From contig JBBTXE010000001.1 of the NCBI GenBank assembly GCA_038062455.1, positions 122,371-186,370 of the forward strand: DNA of 64,000 bases, written 5' to 3'. The DNA is from Patescibacteria group bacterium (lineage in GTDB: Bacteria > Patescibacteriota > Microgenomatia > UBA12405). How positions within the stretch are numbered: position 1 is the stretch's first letter; the number at the start of each line of letters is the position of its first letter. Both the position numbers and the translations under genes were made by a program. The notes beneath the pieces are model-generated. The model did no database searches. It was not told the DNA's origin and saw only the letters and a program-made list of their open reading frames with translations. Of the stretch, positions 9,844 through 18,492 are shown piece after piece.

Positions 9844-10987
9844 AATATTTTTTACCTTTTAATTTATCCGGCAGCAAATCCTCTTTCGTATACTTGTCAT
9901 AACCTTTGCCATAGCCAATTTCTTCCATTAACTTCGTTTCCGGATTTCGTAAATTTAGAGGAATTGGCAGATTACCAAAAGTTTCCACATCTTTTTTAGC
10001 CGCTTGTAATCCATCATAAGCTGATCGGTTTTTGGCGGATTTGGCCAGGTATACCACTCCGTGGGCCAAATTTATAGCGCATTCGGGATATCCAATTTGG
10101 ATTACCGCCTGAAACACCTGGTTAGCCAGCATCAGGGCCGAAGAGTTAGCCACCCCGATGTCCTCGCTGGCAAATATCACCATCCTTCTGGCAATAAACT
10201 TTGGATCTTCACCGGCCGCCACCATTCGGGCTAGATAATACAGCGCCGCATCGGAGTTACTCGCCCTCATCGATTTGATAAAAGCCGATATGGTGTTGTA
10301 GTGTTCCTCGCCTTTTTTATCAAAGCGCAAATATGAATTTTGCAGGGTATTTTTTAGCGACTCAATTGATAAATCGGAATACAATGTGGAAGCATTGTCA
10401 ATCATCGAAATTGCCTGCCGGGCATCACCATTGGCCATTCTAACTAACCACTCTTTGGCTTCTTTATCCATTTTCCCGCCGACTTTTTTTACCGCTCGAA
10501 CAATAATTTTCTCGATTTCTGTCTCACTTAATTCCTTTAGGACAAACACCCGACAGCGGGAGAGTAGGGGAGAAATCACCTCAAAACTGGGATTTTCAGT
10601 CGTGGCTCCGATTAAAATCAGCGCTCCCGTTTCCACATAAGGCAGTAAATAATCCTGTTGGGCTTTGTTAAAGCGGTGAATTTCGTCCAAGAATAATATT
10701 TTTTTAATTAGTCCCGGGACAGTCGAAGACACAATTTTTCGGATATCATCTTTTCCTGCCGACACTGCTGACAGCTGATACAATTCCGCCTCGGCCGCCT
10801 TGGCCAAAATTCGGGCCAAGGTGGTTTTCCCCACCCCTGGCGGCCCCCAAAAAATCATGGAAAAAATTTGTTTATTTTCAATTGCCAGTCTAAGTGGTTT
10901 GCCCGTTCCCACCAGATGTTCCTGTCCGACAAAATTTGTCAAACTTTCCGGGCGGATAAGGCTGGCTAGAGGTGAGGTGTCAATCAA
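9818..10987 (-). CDS. rarA: Replication-associated recombination protein A (AAA+ ATPase)
   Basis: Walker A GPPGVGKTTLA, Walker B LFLDEIHRFNK, conserved C-terminal YLARM..GEDP.FIARR motif. Confidence 0.9.
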   Translation of the reverse strand: MIDTSPLASLIRPESLTNFVGQEHLVGTGKPLRLAIENKQIFSMIFWGPPGVGKTTLARILAKAAEAELYQLSAVSAGKDDIRKIVSSTVPGLIKKILFLDEIHRFNKAQQDYLLPYVETGALILIGATTENPSFEVISPLLSRCRVFVLKELSETEIEKIIVRAVKKVGGKMDKEAKEWLVRMANGDARQAISMIDNASTLYSDLSIESLKNTLQNSYLRFDKKGEEHYNTISAFIKSMRASNSDAALYYLARMVAAGEDPKFIARRMVIFASEDIGVANSSALMLANQVFQAVIQIGYPECAINLAHGVVYLAKSAKNRSAYDGLQAAKKDVETFGNLPIPLNLRNPETKLMEEIGYGKGYDKYTKEDLLPDKLKGKKYFNTVSGNF

Positions 10988-11832
10988 GGTTTGACCTGGT
11001 AATATTTCTTTCTGATAAATCTAACCACAAATATTACCGGCACCCAGACAGGTACTAACACCACGGCGTAGATAAGAAGACTTCCCACTGCCCGAAGAAC
11101 CGATACCAGCGATCTGACTGCGTCCTTAAAGATTACTGCCGGCCGCCATTCATTGGTTGGGGCATAAGGCAGGGCCAATTCGTCGGTAGACAAATAAATG
11201 GTTACTATACTTAATTTCGCCGACTGTTCATAATATTTCTGTTGCCCCTTAACGTCGTCAATTTGTGACTGAAGGGATATTAACTCCCGCTGAACGTTTA
11301 GTAAATCGGCTACCGCTGTGGCTCTGTCCAAAATCTCTTCAAATTTTTGTTTAGTTTTGTTCAATACTGCCAATTGAGCTTCCAAATCCACATATTGGTC
11401 AGTCACATCAGTTCCTATCACCGATTCTGACACTACCTTCACCGCCATCTTTTTAAAAACTGCCATCGCCTCGGCCCTCTTTCCTTCTGGCACCCGAACC
11501 GAAATAGTTCCGCTGGCGGCTCCTTGGGGTTTTGACAAATTGGAGTTAACCAAAAACCCGCCCAAACTTTTAGTTGTCTCTTCAATTCCCTTAATTATCT
11601 CGGCCACGTCTTTCACCTGAAGTGACAAACTGCTGTCTTGAATTACCAGTCTCTCGCTGGTATCAGTCGGTGCTACCTGCCGCCCTGGATAAAATTCCGA
11701 TATATTCGCTAAACTTTTAGCACCCCCGACATAACTTTCACTGATAGCGGGCGCAAAACTGTTTTTTAAGTAAATTACACTAATAACGATTAAAATCAAA
11801 AGTGCCCAATTTCTTTTCAGCCAATTAATCAT
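10984..11832 (-). CDS. DUF4349-like membrane protein
   Basis: N-terminal TM, central coiled-coil region (LEAQLAVLNKTKQKFEEILDRA...LQSQIDDV) and C-terminal TM pair, as in DUF4349 proteins. Confidence 0.55.
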   Translation of the reverse strand: MINWLKRNWALLILIVISVIYLKNSFAPAISESYVGGAKSLANISEFYPGRQVAPTDTSERLVIQDSSLSLQVKDVAEIIKGIEETTKSLGGFLVNSNLSKPQGAASGTISVRVPEGKRAEAMAVFKKMAVKVVSESVIGTDVTDQYVDLEAQLAVLNKTKQKFEEILDRATAVADLLNVQRELISLQSQIDDVKGQQKYYEQSAKLSIVTIYLSTDELALPYAPTNEWRPAVIFKDAVRSLVSVLRAVGSLLIYAVVLVPVWVPVIFVVRFIRKKYYQVKP

Positions 11833-11861
11833 ATGCTAAATGTTAACATAGAGAAAATACA

Positions 11862-13118
11862 ATGTCCAAAAAATTGCTTTTAATAATTATTCTTTCCTTA
11901 ACCCTCCGTCTTCTTTCTCTCAACCAGTCGTTTTGGCTCGACGAAGCCATATCCGCCAACGTCGCCAAAAACTATTCGTATCAAAATATCATTGCCTCTT
12001 TTTCTTCCTCTGATTTTCACCCCCCGCTTTATTATTTAGTCCTCAAAGCTTGGTCCTCTGTTTTTGGCTATAGCGAATTTTCTCTCCGCCTGCCCTCGGT
12101 TATTTTTTCCCTGATAACTATTTTTCTAGTTTTTAAATATTTTGGTTTTTGGCCCTCACTTTTACTAGTTTCAAACCCTCTCTATTTATATTATTCCCAA
12201 GAAGCCAGAATGTACTCACTAGCAACCCTTTTAGTATTTTGCGCCTTTTTAGCTTTCCAAAAAAAGAAAGTTATTCTCTATTTCCTGTTTACTTTTTTAT
12301 CCCTTTCCACTTTTTACGGTACTATTTTTTTCTTCGCCGCCATCAGCCTCTATTGGATAATAAAAAAAGATTCAAAAAATTTTGCCATCTATTCCCTCGC
12401 ACCAGCTCTAAGTCTTCTGATATTACTTCCACTTTTAATGGTTCAGTACCAAAACTCCCGCTCTCTTCTCCAAAGTGTCCAAAACTGGTCTTCCGTTTTG
12501 GGTCCGGCCAATCTGAAAAATCTTTTTTTAATCCCCATTAAATTCACTCTGGGACGCGTTTCCTTTTATCCCAAAGTTCTTTATTATCTACTGGCCTTTG
12601 TCCTAACTGTTCCTCTATGGTTTTTAATATTTTTGAAATCATTTCAGAGGCGGCTGACAGCTTTTATTTTTTGGAGCACTCTGGTCATTGGTTTTGCCTT
12701 TTGCCTATTTACCCCCATGTTTCAATATTTCCGTTTTCTTTATTTATTACCATTCTTAGCCATAATCCTAAAGAAAAGTTTTTTATATTTTTTTGTCTTC
12801 TTGATTTTTTCTCTCGTCTATTTATTAAATCCAGCCTATCACCGCGAGGACTGGAAAACTCTAGCCAGCAATCTTTCCGGCTCGGTTTACATGATCCCTT
12901 CGGCCTCTGATCCCGTCAAATATTACCGACCCGATATTGAAATAAAAGATTTATCAGGAAACATTACCGGAGCTCAAATTACTGTTATTCCCTATGTTAC
13001 CGAAATTCACGGACTTGACTATAAAAACAAACTTAAATCTTTGGGTTTTACACTGAAAAAAATATCCGGATTTAGGCAATTAACCACCGAAACCTGGTCT
13101 AGAGAATTTCGTTTATAA
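11862..13118 (+). CDS. GT-C fold glycosyltransferase (family 39 / ArnT-like)
   Basis: Polytopic membrane protein with the early FWLDEA acidic loop typical of ArnT/PMT-like transferases. Track ORFs 12149-12541 and 12617-12910 are alternative frames inside it. Confidence 0.65.
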   Translation: MSKKLLLIIILSLTLRLLSLNQSFWLDEAISANVAKNYSYQNIIASFSSSDFHPPLYYLVLKAWSSVFGYSEFSLRLPSVIFSLITIFLVFKYFGFWPSLLLVSNPLYLYYSQEARMYSLATLLVFCAFLAFQKKKVILYFLFTFLSLSTFYGTIFFFAAISLYWIIKKDSKNFAIYSLAPALSLLILLPLLMVQYQNSRSLLQSVQNWSSVLGPANLKNLFLIPIKFTLGRVSFYPKVLYYLLAFVLTVPLWFLIFLKSFQRRLTAFIFWSTLVIGFAFCLFTPMFQYFRFLYLLPFLAIILKKSFLYFFVFLIFSLVYLLNPAYHREDWKTLASNLSGSVYMIPSASDPVKYYRPDIEIKDLSGNITGAQITVIPYVTEIHGLDYKNKLKSLGFTLKKISGFRQLTTETWSREFRL

Positions 13119-13125
13119 TCAACCC

Positions 13126-13998
13126 ATGGATAAATACACTGCCGTTTGGGTTTCCCATTCTTCCATTTCCTCTTTTTTAGACTGTCCGCGTTCTTATTAC
13201 CTCAAAAATGTTTATAAAGATCCTAAAAGCGGCCACAAAATTAAACTAATGTCGCCACCCTTAGCTCTGGGGCAGGCCGTTCACGACGTGGTCGAATCTC
13301 TCTCTGGGCTCAAAACTGATCTACGGTTTCGCCAACCCCTAATGGAAAAATTTGAAGATGCTTGGAAAAAAGTAAGCGGCAAACTAGGCGGTTTTGACAA
13401 TGCTGACACTGAATATAAATATAAAAGCCGGGGAGAAGAAATGATTCGCCGGGTGATAAAAAACCCCGGACCTTTAGGCGAACTGGCCGTCAAAATCAAC
13501 ATGGATCTGCCCCACTTTTGGCTCTCCGAGTCCGACAATATTATTCTTTGCGGCAAAATTGACTGGCTTCGCTACCATCCCGACACTGACACTGTTGAAA
13601 TTATTGATTTCAAAACCAGCAAAAATGACGAAGGCCCCGATTCTCTTCAATTACCTATTTATCATTTACTGGTCCACTATTGTCAAAACCGCTCCGTCAC
13701 CGCCGCCTCTTACTGGTATCTCGACCGCTCCAACACTCTGACTCCCCAAAAATTACCCGACTTAGTCAAGTCCCAAGATAAAATTTTAAAAATTGCTAAA
13801 AAGATTAAACTTCAACGATCTTTAAATAAATTCGATTGTCCGGAGGGAGACAAGAGCTGCCGTGCCTGTCGCCCTTACGAAGCGATCCTTAAAGGCGATG
13901 CCGAACTTGTCGGTCAGGATAATTTTAAGGCTGATGTTTACGTTCTTAAAACCAAATCCCTAGATCGTCACAGCTCTTCCTCGGGAACTGTTTTGTGA
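13126..13998 (+). CDS. PD-(D/E)XK nuclease with Cas4/AddB-like Cys cluster
   Basis: N-terminal Cys (FLDCPRSYYL), nuclease core GKIDW...IIDFKTSK, C-terminal CPEGDKSCRACRPYE (Cx6CxxC). Confidence 0.7.
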   Translation: MDKYTAVWVSHSSISSFLDCPRSYYLKNVYKDPKSGHKIKLMSPPLALGQAVHDVVESLSGLKTDLRFRQPLMEKFEDAWKKVSGKLGGFDNADTEYKYKSRGEEMIRRVIKNPGPLGELAVKINMDLPHFWLSESDNIILCGKIDWLRYHPDTDTVEIIDFKTSKNDEGPDSLQLPIYHLLVHYCQNRSVTAASYWYLDRSNTLTPQKLPDLVKSQDKILKIAKKIKLQRSLNKFDCPEGDKSCRACRPYEAILKGDAELVGQDNFKADVYVLKTKSLDRHSSSSGTVL

Positions 13999-14192
13999 GG
14001 TACATAGCCCTTATCTCCGGGTAACAAATATCCTCTGACTTTCGGAGCCGGTGGAATATCCCCAGAATTTATCAGCAAAAAAGGATCGGGGGCACTAAGT
14101 CCTGCAAGAGGAACAGCTCTTAAAACATCTTCTGATAACCCAAATTCACCTTGACGGAATGGATAAGGTTTTTCATCAGGTTTATTATTCAT
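13968..14192 (-). CDS. Hypothetical small protein (74 aa)
   Basis: ORF only. It lies 44 nt downstream of the exonuclease gene on the same strand. The 3' end overlaps the convergent nuclease gene by 31 nt. Confidence 0.3.
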   Translation of the reverse strand: MNNKPDEKPYPFRQGEFGLSEDVLRAVPLAGLSAPDPFLLINSGDIPPAPKVRGYLLPGDKGYVPHKTVPEEEL

Positions 14193-14235
14193 TACCGTTT
14201 CTTATACAGGAACTATTTACAAAAATCAAATTTAT

Positions 14236-14850
14236 CTAAAATAATCCCATTTGTGGTTTCACTTCGATCTTTGGATAACTAAAATCAACTTCAATCATCC
14301 GCGGTGTATTCCATTTATCCTTATATTTTAGTTGTCCGAATTTTTTGCCATAATCATAAACTTCTTTGGTCACCATCACATCCATTTCGCAATATTTTTT
14401 AAGTTTGGAAAGACTCTCTTTGGAGTGTTCCTGCCAGTAATAAACTGCATTTAAGCCGTTATCGATTTTGCCGTGCCCCAAAGTTTCGGAGGCAATGGCA
14501 TTGAGGCTTAGTCGAAACCCCAGCGCCCCCTTGACGTGCTCCATTAGGTCAAAATGTTTTAGTTTTTTAAAGTCATAAGGACAAAGCGGCACCAGCGCCG
14601 GCACGTCAAAATGAAGTGAGTTGAAACCGATAATCCGGTCAGCGTTGCTAAAAAACGGCCACATTTTAGCCAAATCTTCCTCCCAAAAACTACTCATCTC
14701 CCCCTCCGTTTCCGCTCCCTTTTCATCCACTTTTCGCTTATAAACCGAGACTATCGATATCCCCAAATCGGCCGGATTATCACCCTTGATATCATCAAAG
14801 ATTTTTTTGGTTTCAATATCAAAAATAACTTCTGTATAGATTACTGACAT
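14236..14850 (-). CDS. RNase H-like / DEDD 3'-5' exonuclease domain protein
   Basis: VIFDIETKK (ExoI-like), IIGFNSLHFDVPAL (ExoII-like), CEMDV (ExoIII-like). Confidence 0.6.
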   Translation of the reverse strand: MSVIYTEVIFDIETKKIFDDIKGDNPADLGISIVSVYKRKVDEKGAETEGEMSSFWEEDLAKMWPFFSNADRIIGFNSLHFDVPALVPLCPYDFKKLKHFDLMEHVKGALGFRLSLNAIASETLGHGKIDNGLNAVYYWQEHSKESLSKLKKYCEMDVMVTKEVYDYGKKFGQLKYKDKWNTPRMIEVDFSYPKIEVKPQMGLF

Positions 14851-14893
14851 AGTAATCGATAGTAGTAAATATAGGGAGAATGGTCAAGGAAGA

Positions 14894-15436
14894 GCTTTTG
14901 GTGGTTTGTGGGGGGTGTGGTGTTTTTTGGTTGTGGGTTTTGAATGATTGGTTTTGTTTTTTGGGTTGGGGGTGGGTTTTTGTTTTGGTTTCTCTGGCGG
15001 AACGGACGGAAGCTTCCAGCTCCCGTCCGTTAGGTTATGGATTGCTAACTAGCTATAATCTGATCGAAAGCTAGGTCGCAACCATGTTCGCCGCGGTAGT
15101 CGGATCGTTGGCCAATTCCACCACCAGGAAAGGAGCCGAAGTCACAGGGTTCGAGGCTGAAGTTGAACTTGAAAAGCTGGTAAAGCGGGTGCGGTCCATA
15201 AGGACCTCCTTTTTTGAACCTCGGACAAGAAACAACTTACACTTGGATACAAACATCTTGACCTCGATAGGGTCTTGTTGATCGTTGCACCTCCTTTTGG
15301 TGCAAAAACAATGAGTACGGCAGCACAATGCAGCCACCGTTTGATAATACTTCACGATTCCCAAATTTCTGGGTAATCGGCTGCAAGGCGGCTTGGCCGC
15401 CCTCCGGTCGACTACCCAGTTCAAACCACCAAAAGC
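14894..15436. other. ORF-free hairpin-dense domain bounded by a 15-nt inverted repeat; candidate structured RNA or MITE-like element, class unknown
   Basis: gcttttggtggtttg (14894-14908) is the reverse complement of caaaccaccaaaagc (15422-15436). Perfect internal hairpins at 15001-15031, 15049-15074, 15193-15206, 15286-15304 and 15369-15419. Confidence 0.35.
14896..14990. repeat. 95-nt G/T-only low-complexity tract (C/A-only on the minus strand)
   Basis: ttttggtggtttgtggggggtgtggtg...gggttgggggtgggtttttgttttggtt contains no C and only 3 A, with several G3-G6 runs. Confidence 0.9.
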
Positions 15437-15764
15437 CAAGAGATGGTTAAAGCGTGAAATGTTTACCTGCTTTTGGGTAACTTTCACGATTTAAGACTCC
15501 TGGTTTTTGATGTCAGATTGTTAAAGAACTTACATTATTGTAGCACTAACCTTCGCTATTCCACAACTTCTCTTTTTATCACCATTTCCGCTAAATCCGA
15601 CGACTCACGTATAACCTTAAGTTTAACTTCACCGCCAACTTCAAGTTCTTTCCAAAATCAACCCGCGTTCTTCCTGGAAATTTGGTATCTCCATATAAGT
15701 TTCCAACCTTTACTCCATCCCTAATTGATGCCGCCAAAATTACTCCCCGGCCACTAGGGATTAC

Positions 15765-18449
15765 TTAACTGTTCCTCAACACCAAATAACTTAGGATTAA
15801 AAGACCAATCCCGCTGCCCGTCCAATACATTATTCGCCACCACGGATATTGGTTTTCATTGTTGTTTTCTTCAGAAACGTTAACCGCTGTTTCTTCAACT
15901 CCTAAAACGTTTTCTTGGAAATCTTGGGGGGCAGTCTTCCCACTAGTTGTTTTCTGCCCACTCATATCTACCACAAGTTCATTGCTAAAACTACCCGGCA
16001 TGCACCCATTACCGGCCCTGATTTTAAAATAATATTTTTTGCCACCAACAAGACTTTTAACCGTATATTCGGTTGTATCACTATTTCCTATATTTGGATT
16101 GCCAAACATCATTTCTCCGCTTTTTAGCCCAAAAGCCAAAAGGTAATAGGAAACCGGGTTCTCTGCTTTTTCCCATTTTAAAATCACTTCATTGGAGCTA
16201 CTTTTTTCGGCACGAAACATTTTCGGTGCCGATCCCGGTTTTTCATCCTGGCAGAGATCTTTATTTACAGTTGGCGTCGGTGTCGCTGTGGCCTGCCCGC
16301 TTGACTGCGAAGCTGTCGGCGTGGGTGTTGGCGTTGGACCGGGGGTAGCCACATTAACTATTATTTTTCTCTGACCCGAAAAACCGTTATTTCCAGCCTC
16401 ATCCTGACATCTAACTTTATAGTTGTGGCCGCCATTAACTAAATTTTCCATTCTGCCATAAAAATTACCATCCGCCCCCTTTGTCATTGCTATACCTCCG
16501 CCTTCTTCGTTTATTAATAAATCATCAATCCATCCACTGTCAGGATCTTTCGTGACTGAATAATCCTTGGTGTAGTTCCATTTAATAATGTGATCACCGA
16601 CATTTACCGGATAAGAAACCTGTTGCCAATCTTTACTTCCCGAAATATTATTCTTTTCTACCTCATCAACATAAAATCTCAAATAATCAAAACTGTTTTC
16701 ACTTTCCACCTTCCACCAAAAGCCAAGATCCCCGTTGTTAGCAAGCGAAACACTCTGCTTTAACCACGTTTCCACGTTGTCCTTGTTTGCCACATTTCCT
16801 GATTTGGCCGAACAACTGCCGCCGTATTTGTTGGTGCAGTCAACTATCCAGGGAGCAAAACCACCGCTCTCCCAACCATCGATGTTTTGATTTTCAAAAT
16901 CCCCATTTAAAATCATTGATTTCTCAATCCGGCACTCCACGGCTTCATTCGCCTTCGCCCCGATATCGACATAATTAAAAACAACAATAGAGCTGTTATC
17001 TGGCGTTGGGTCAACCAATTCTACCTCCGGTGGCGTTGTATCGACATCACACTCATCGCCAATTCCGTTACCATCACTATCCGATTGGTTTGGATTGGCC
17101 ACATTGACACAGTTGTCGCAAACATCACCTTTTCCGTCTCCGTCTCTATCTATCTGATCAAGGTTGGCCACACTCGGACAATTATCATTCGAGTCGGGAA
17201 TTCCATCACTGTCGCCATCGGGTTCGAGGCAATTTATAGTGTGCGACCCCAAATAACCAAAAGTATTGATGGCATATCCGTCCCACTCCGTCGCCGGGTC
17301 AAAGATATTCGCCCCATTTGCATCTCCCTGGCTAATTCCGCATTTTCTCATCAAGCTATTATCAGCCGTACTGGCTAAGCCGCTACCCCATTCCGTTCCC
17401 GGATCGACCCCAATTTGTCCAATTACATCAACCGCACTCGCACCATAAAAGAGAGCCACCGCATCATCACCATTAAAATCAAGAGAACCTGTTAGCAAAT
17501 CGCACTGATCCAAAATCGATGCCTCGATTCTCGAATTGCATACGACATAGACGTCATTGGCGTTTATTGTTTGAGATAAATTAATGGTTGTGCCGGCACT
17601 ACCTGCCCCGTTGGTAAATATCTTGACTGAATATCCGCTTAAACCAATTGCTAAGTTTGTCGGGTTGTAAATCTCGATGGCTTTGTTATAACTGCTCCCT
17701 TCAATATATTCTGAGAAAAATAAATAATTAATTTCCGGTGAGTCAGTAAATTTTGCGTAACTTACTAAATTGCCCGACGTATCAAAAAGCTCGACTAAAT
17801 AATTTGGACGATACGTACCGTCAAGTTGATAACTATAAGTAAAAGTTCCAAACGCATCGCCAAAGATTGGATAGGAAACATTTAAATTATCAGCCGTAAT
17901 TTTTAAAGTATAAGTTGTGTTTGGTAGAAAACTTTTACCGGAAATAATGGCAATTTCCCTGGGAGTATAGTCAGCCTTATCGGTACTTATATTTGGATTT
18001 AACAAATCCGTCCGACTGCTGTTATTCTCCCGAATCACAGTTTCAATTATTCCAGAAACCACCGTTGTGGTTGGGGTCGCGGTTGGAATTACAACCGGTG
18101 TCGGCGAAATAATAGTTTCATCAGCTTTTTTTTCGATAATTTTTTCTGTTGGGATGATGGTAAATTCAGGTGTTAATATTGCCGTAGGAGTAGCGATTTC
18201 AGTTGGAGTTATCTCAATAATCGGCATTGCCGTGGGACTGGCTTCTTTTGTCGGAACAATTTCAATCGTCGGAACAATGGTTACTTCTATTTCTGTTAGT
18301 ACCGAACTCGGAATTTCCGTTGGGCTAATAATTTCTGCGCTCGATGAAGCTTCTTCATTAGCCAGTATTAGCAGGGGATTGACCAAAACACTTATCAAAA
18401 TGTTTATATAAACGAAAGTTCGAAAGAAACTCATCCATCTTCGATTCAT
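15765..18449 (-). CDS. Large secreted surface protein: PT/I-rich linker, lamin-tail domain, thrombospondin type-3 Ca-binding repeats, Fn3-like module, C-terminal TM anchor
   Basis: Signal/TM N-terminus. LTD pattern LFFSEYIEGSSYNKAIEIYNPTNLAIGLSGYSV. TSP3 repeats DSDGIPDSNDNCPSVANLDQIDRDGDGKGDVCDNCVNVANPNQSDSDGNGIGDECD. C-terminal WWRIMYWTGSGIGLLILSYLVL. Confidence 0.8.
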   Translation of the reverse strand: MNRRWMSFFRTFVYINILISVLVNPLLILANEEASSSAEIISPTEIPSSVLTEIEVTIVPTIEIVPTKEASPTAMPIIEITPTEIATPTAILTPEFTIIPTEKIIEKKADETIISPTPVVIPTATPTTTVVSGIIETVIRENNSSRTDLLNPNISTDKADYTPREIAIISGKSFLPNTTYTLKITADNLNVSYPIFGDAFGTFTYSYQLDGTYRPNYLVELFDTSGNLVSYAKFTDSPEINYLFFSEYIEGSSYNKAIEIYNPTNLAIGLSGYSVKIFTNGAGSAGTTINLSQTINANDVYVVCNSRIEASILDQCDLLTGSLDFNGDDAVALFYGASAVDVIGQIGVDPGTEWGSGLASTADNSLMRKCGISQGDANGANIFDPATEWDGYAINTFGYLGSHTINCLEPDGDSDGIPDSNDNCPSVANLDQIDRDGDGKGDVCDNCVNVANPNQSDSDGNGIGDECDVDTTPPEVELVDPTPDNSSIVVFNYVDIGAKANEAVECRIEKSMILNGDFENQNIDGWESGGFAPWIVDCTNKYGGSCSAKSGNVANKDNVETWLKQSVSLANNGDLGFWWKVESENSFDYLRFYVDEVEKNNISGSKDWQQVSYPVNVGDHIIKWNYTKDYSVTKDPDSGWIDDLLINEEGGGIAMTKGADGNFYGRMENLVNGGHNYKVRCQDEAGNNGFSGQRKIIVNVATPGPTPTPTPTASQSSGQATATPTPTVNKDLCQDEKPGSAPKMFRAEKSSSNEVILKWEKAENPVSYYLLAFGLKSGEMMFGNPNIGNSDTTEYTVKSLVGGKKYYFKIRAGNGCMPGSFSNELVVDMSGQKTTSGKTAPQDFQENVLGVEETAVNVSEENNNENQYPWWRIMYWTGSGIGLLILSYLVLRNS

Positions 18450-18492
18450 CTAAAAAGTGTAACAGTCCTTACTTATACTGACAATTAATTCA

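Noticed and set aside
14894-15436. tmRNA hypothesis. The minus-strand reading starts GGUGGUUUGAACUGGGUAGUCGACCGG, reminiscent of the tmRNA 5' consensus (GGGG.UGA...GG.UUCGAC). Further along it contains GCC AAC GAU CCG ACU ACC GCG GCG AAC AUG GUU GCG ACC UAG (ANDPTTAANMVAT*), reminiscent of a tag ORF.
   Set aside because: There is no T-arm (GGUUCGA.UCC), and no 3' acceptor strand with an adjacent T-stem. The 3' partner of the closing helix sits in a C/A-only tract. The tag-like frame is about 330 nt from the 5' end instead of about 90. The peptide ends in Thr rather than a hydrophobic Ala-Ala type terminus. A covariance-model search would settle it.
15071-15487. 138-aa minus-strand ORF in the large non-coding gap.
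   Set aside because: Its composition is Cys/Arg-rich and erratic, it has no RBS, and it overlaps multiple perfect hairpins. I treated it as a chance ORF in a GC-richer structured region.
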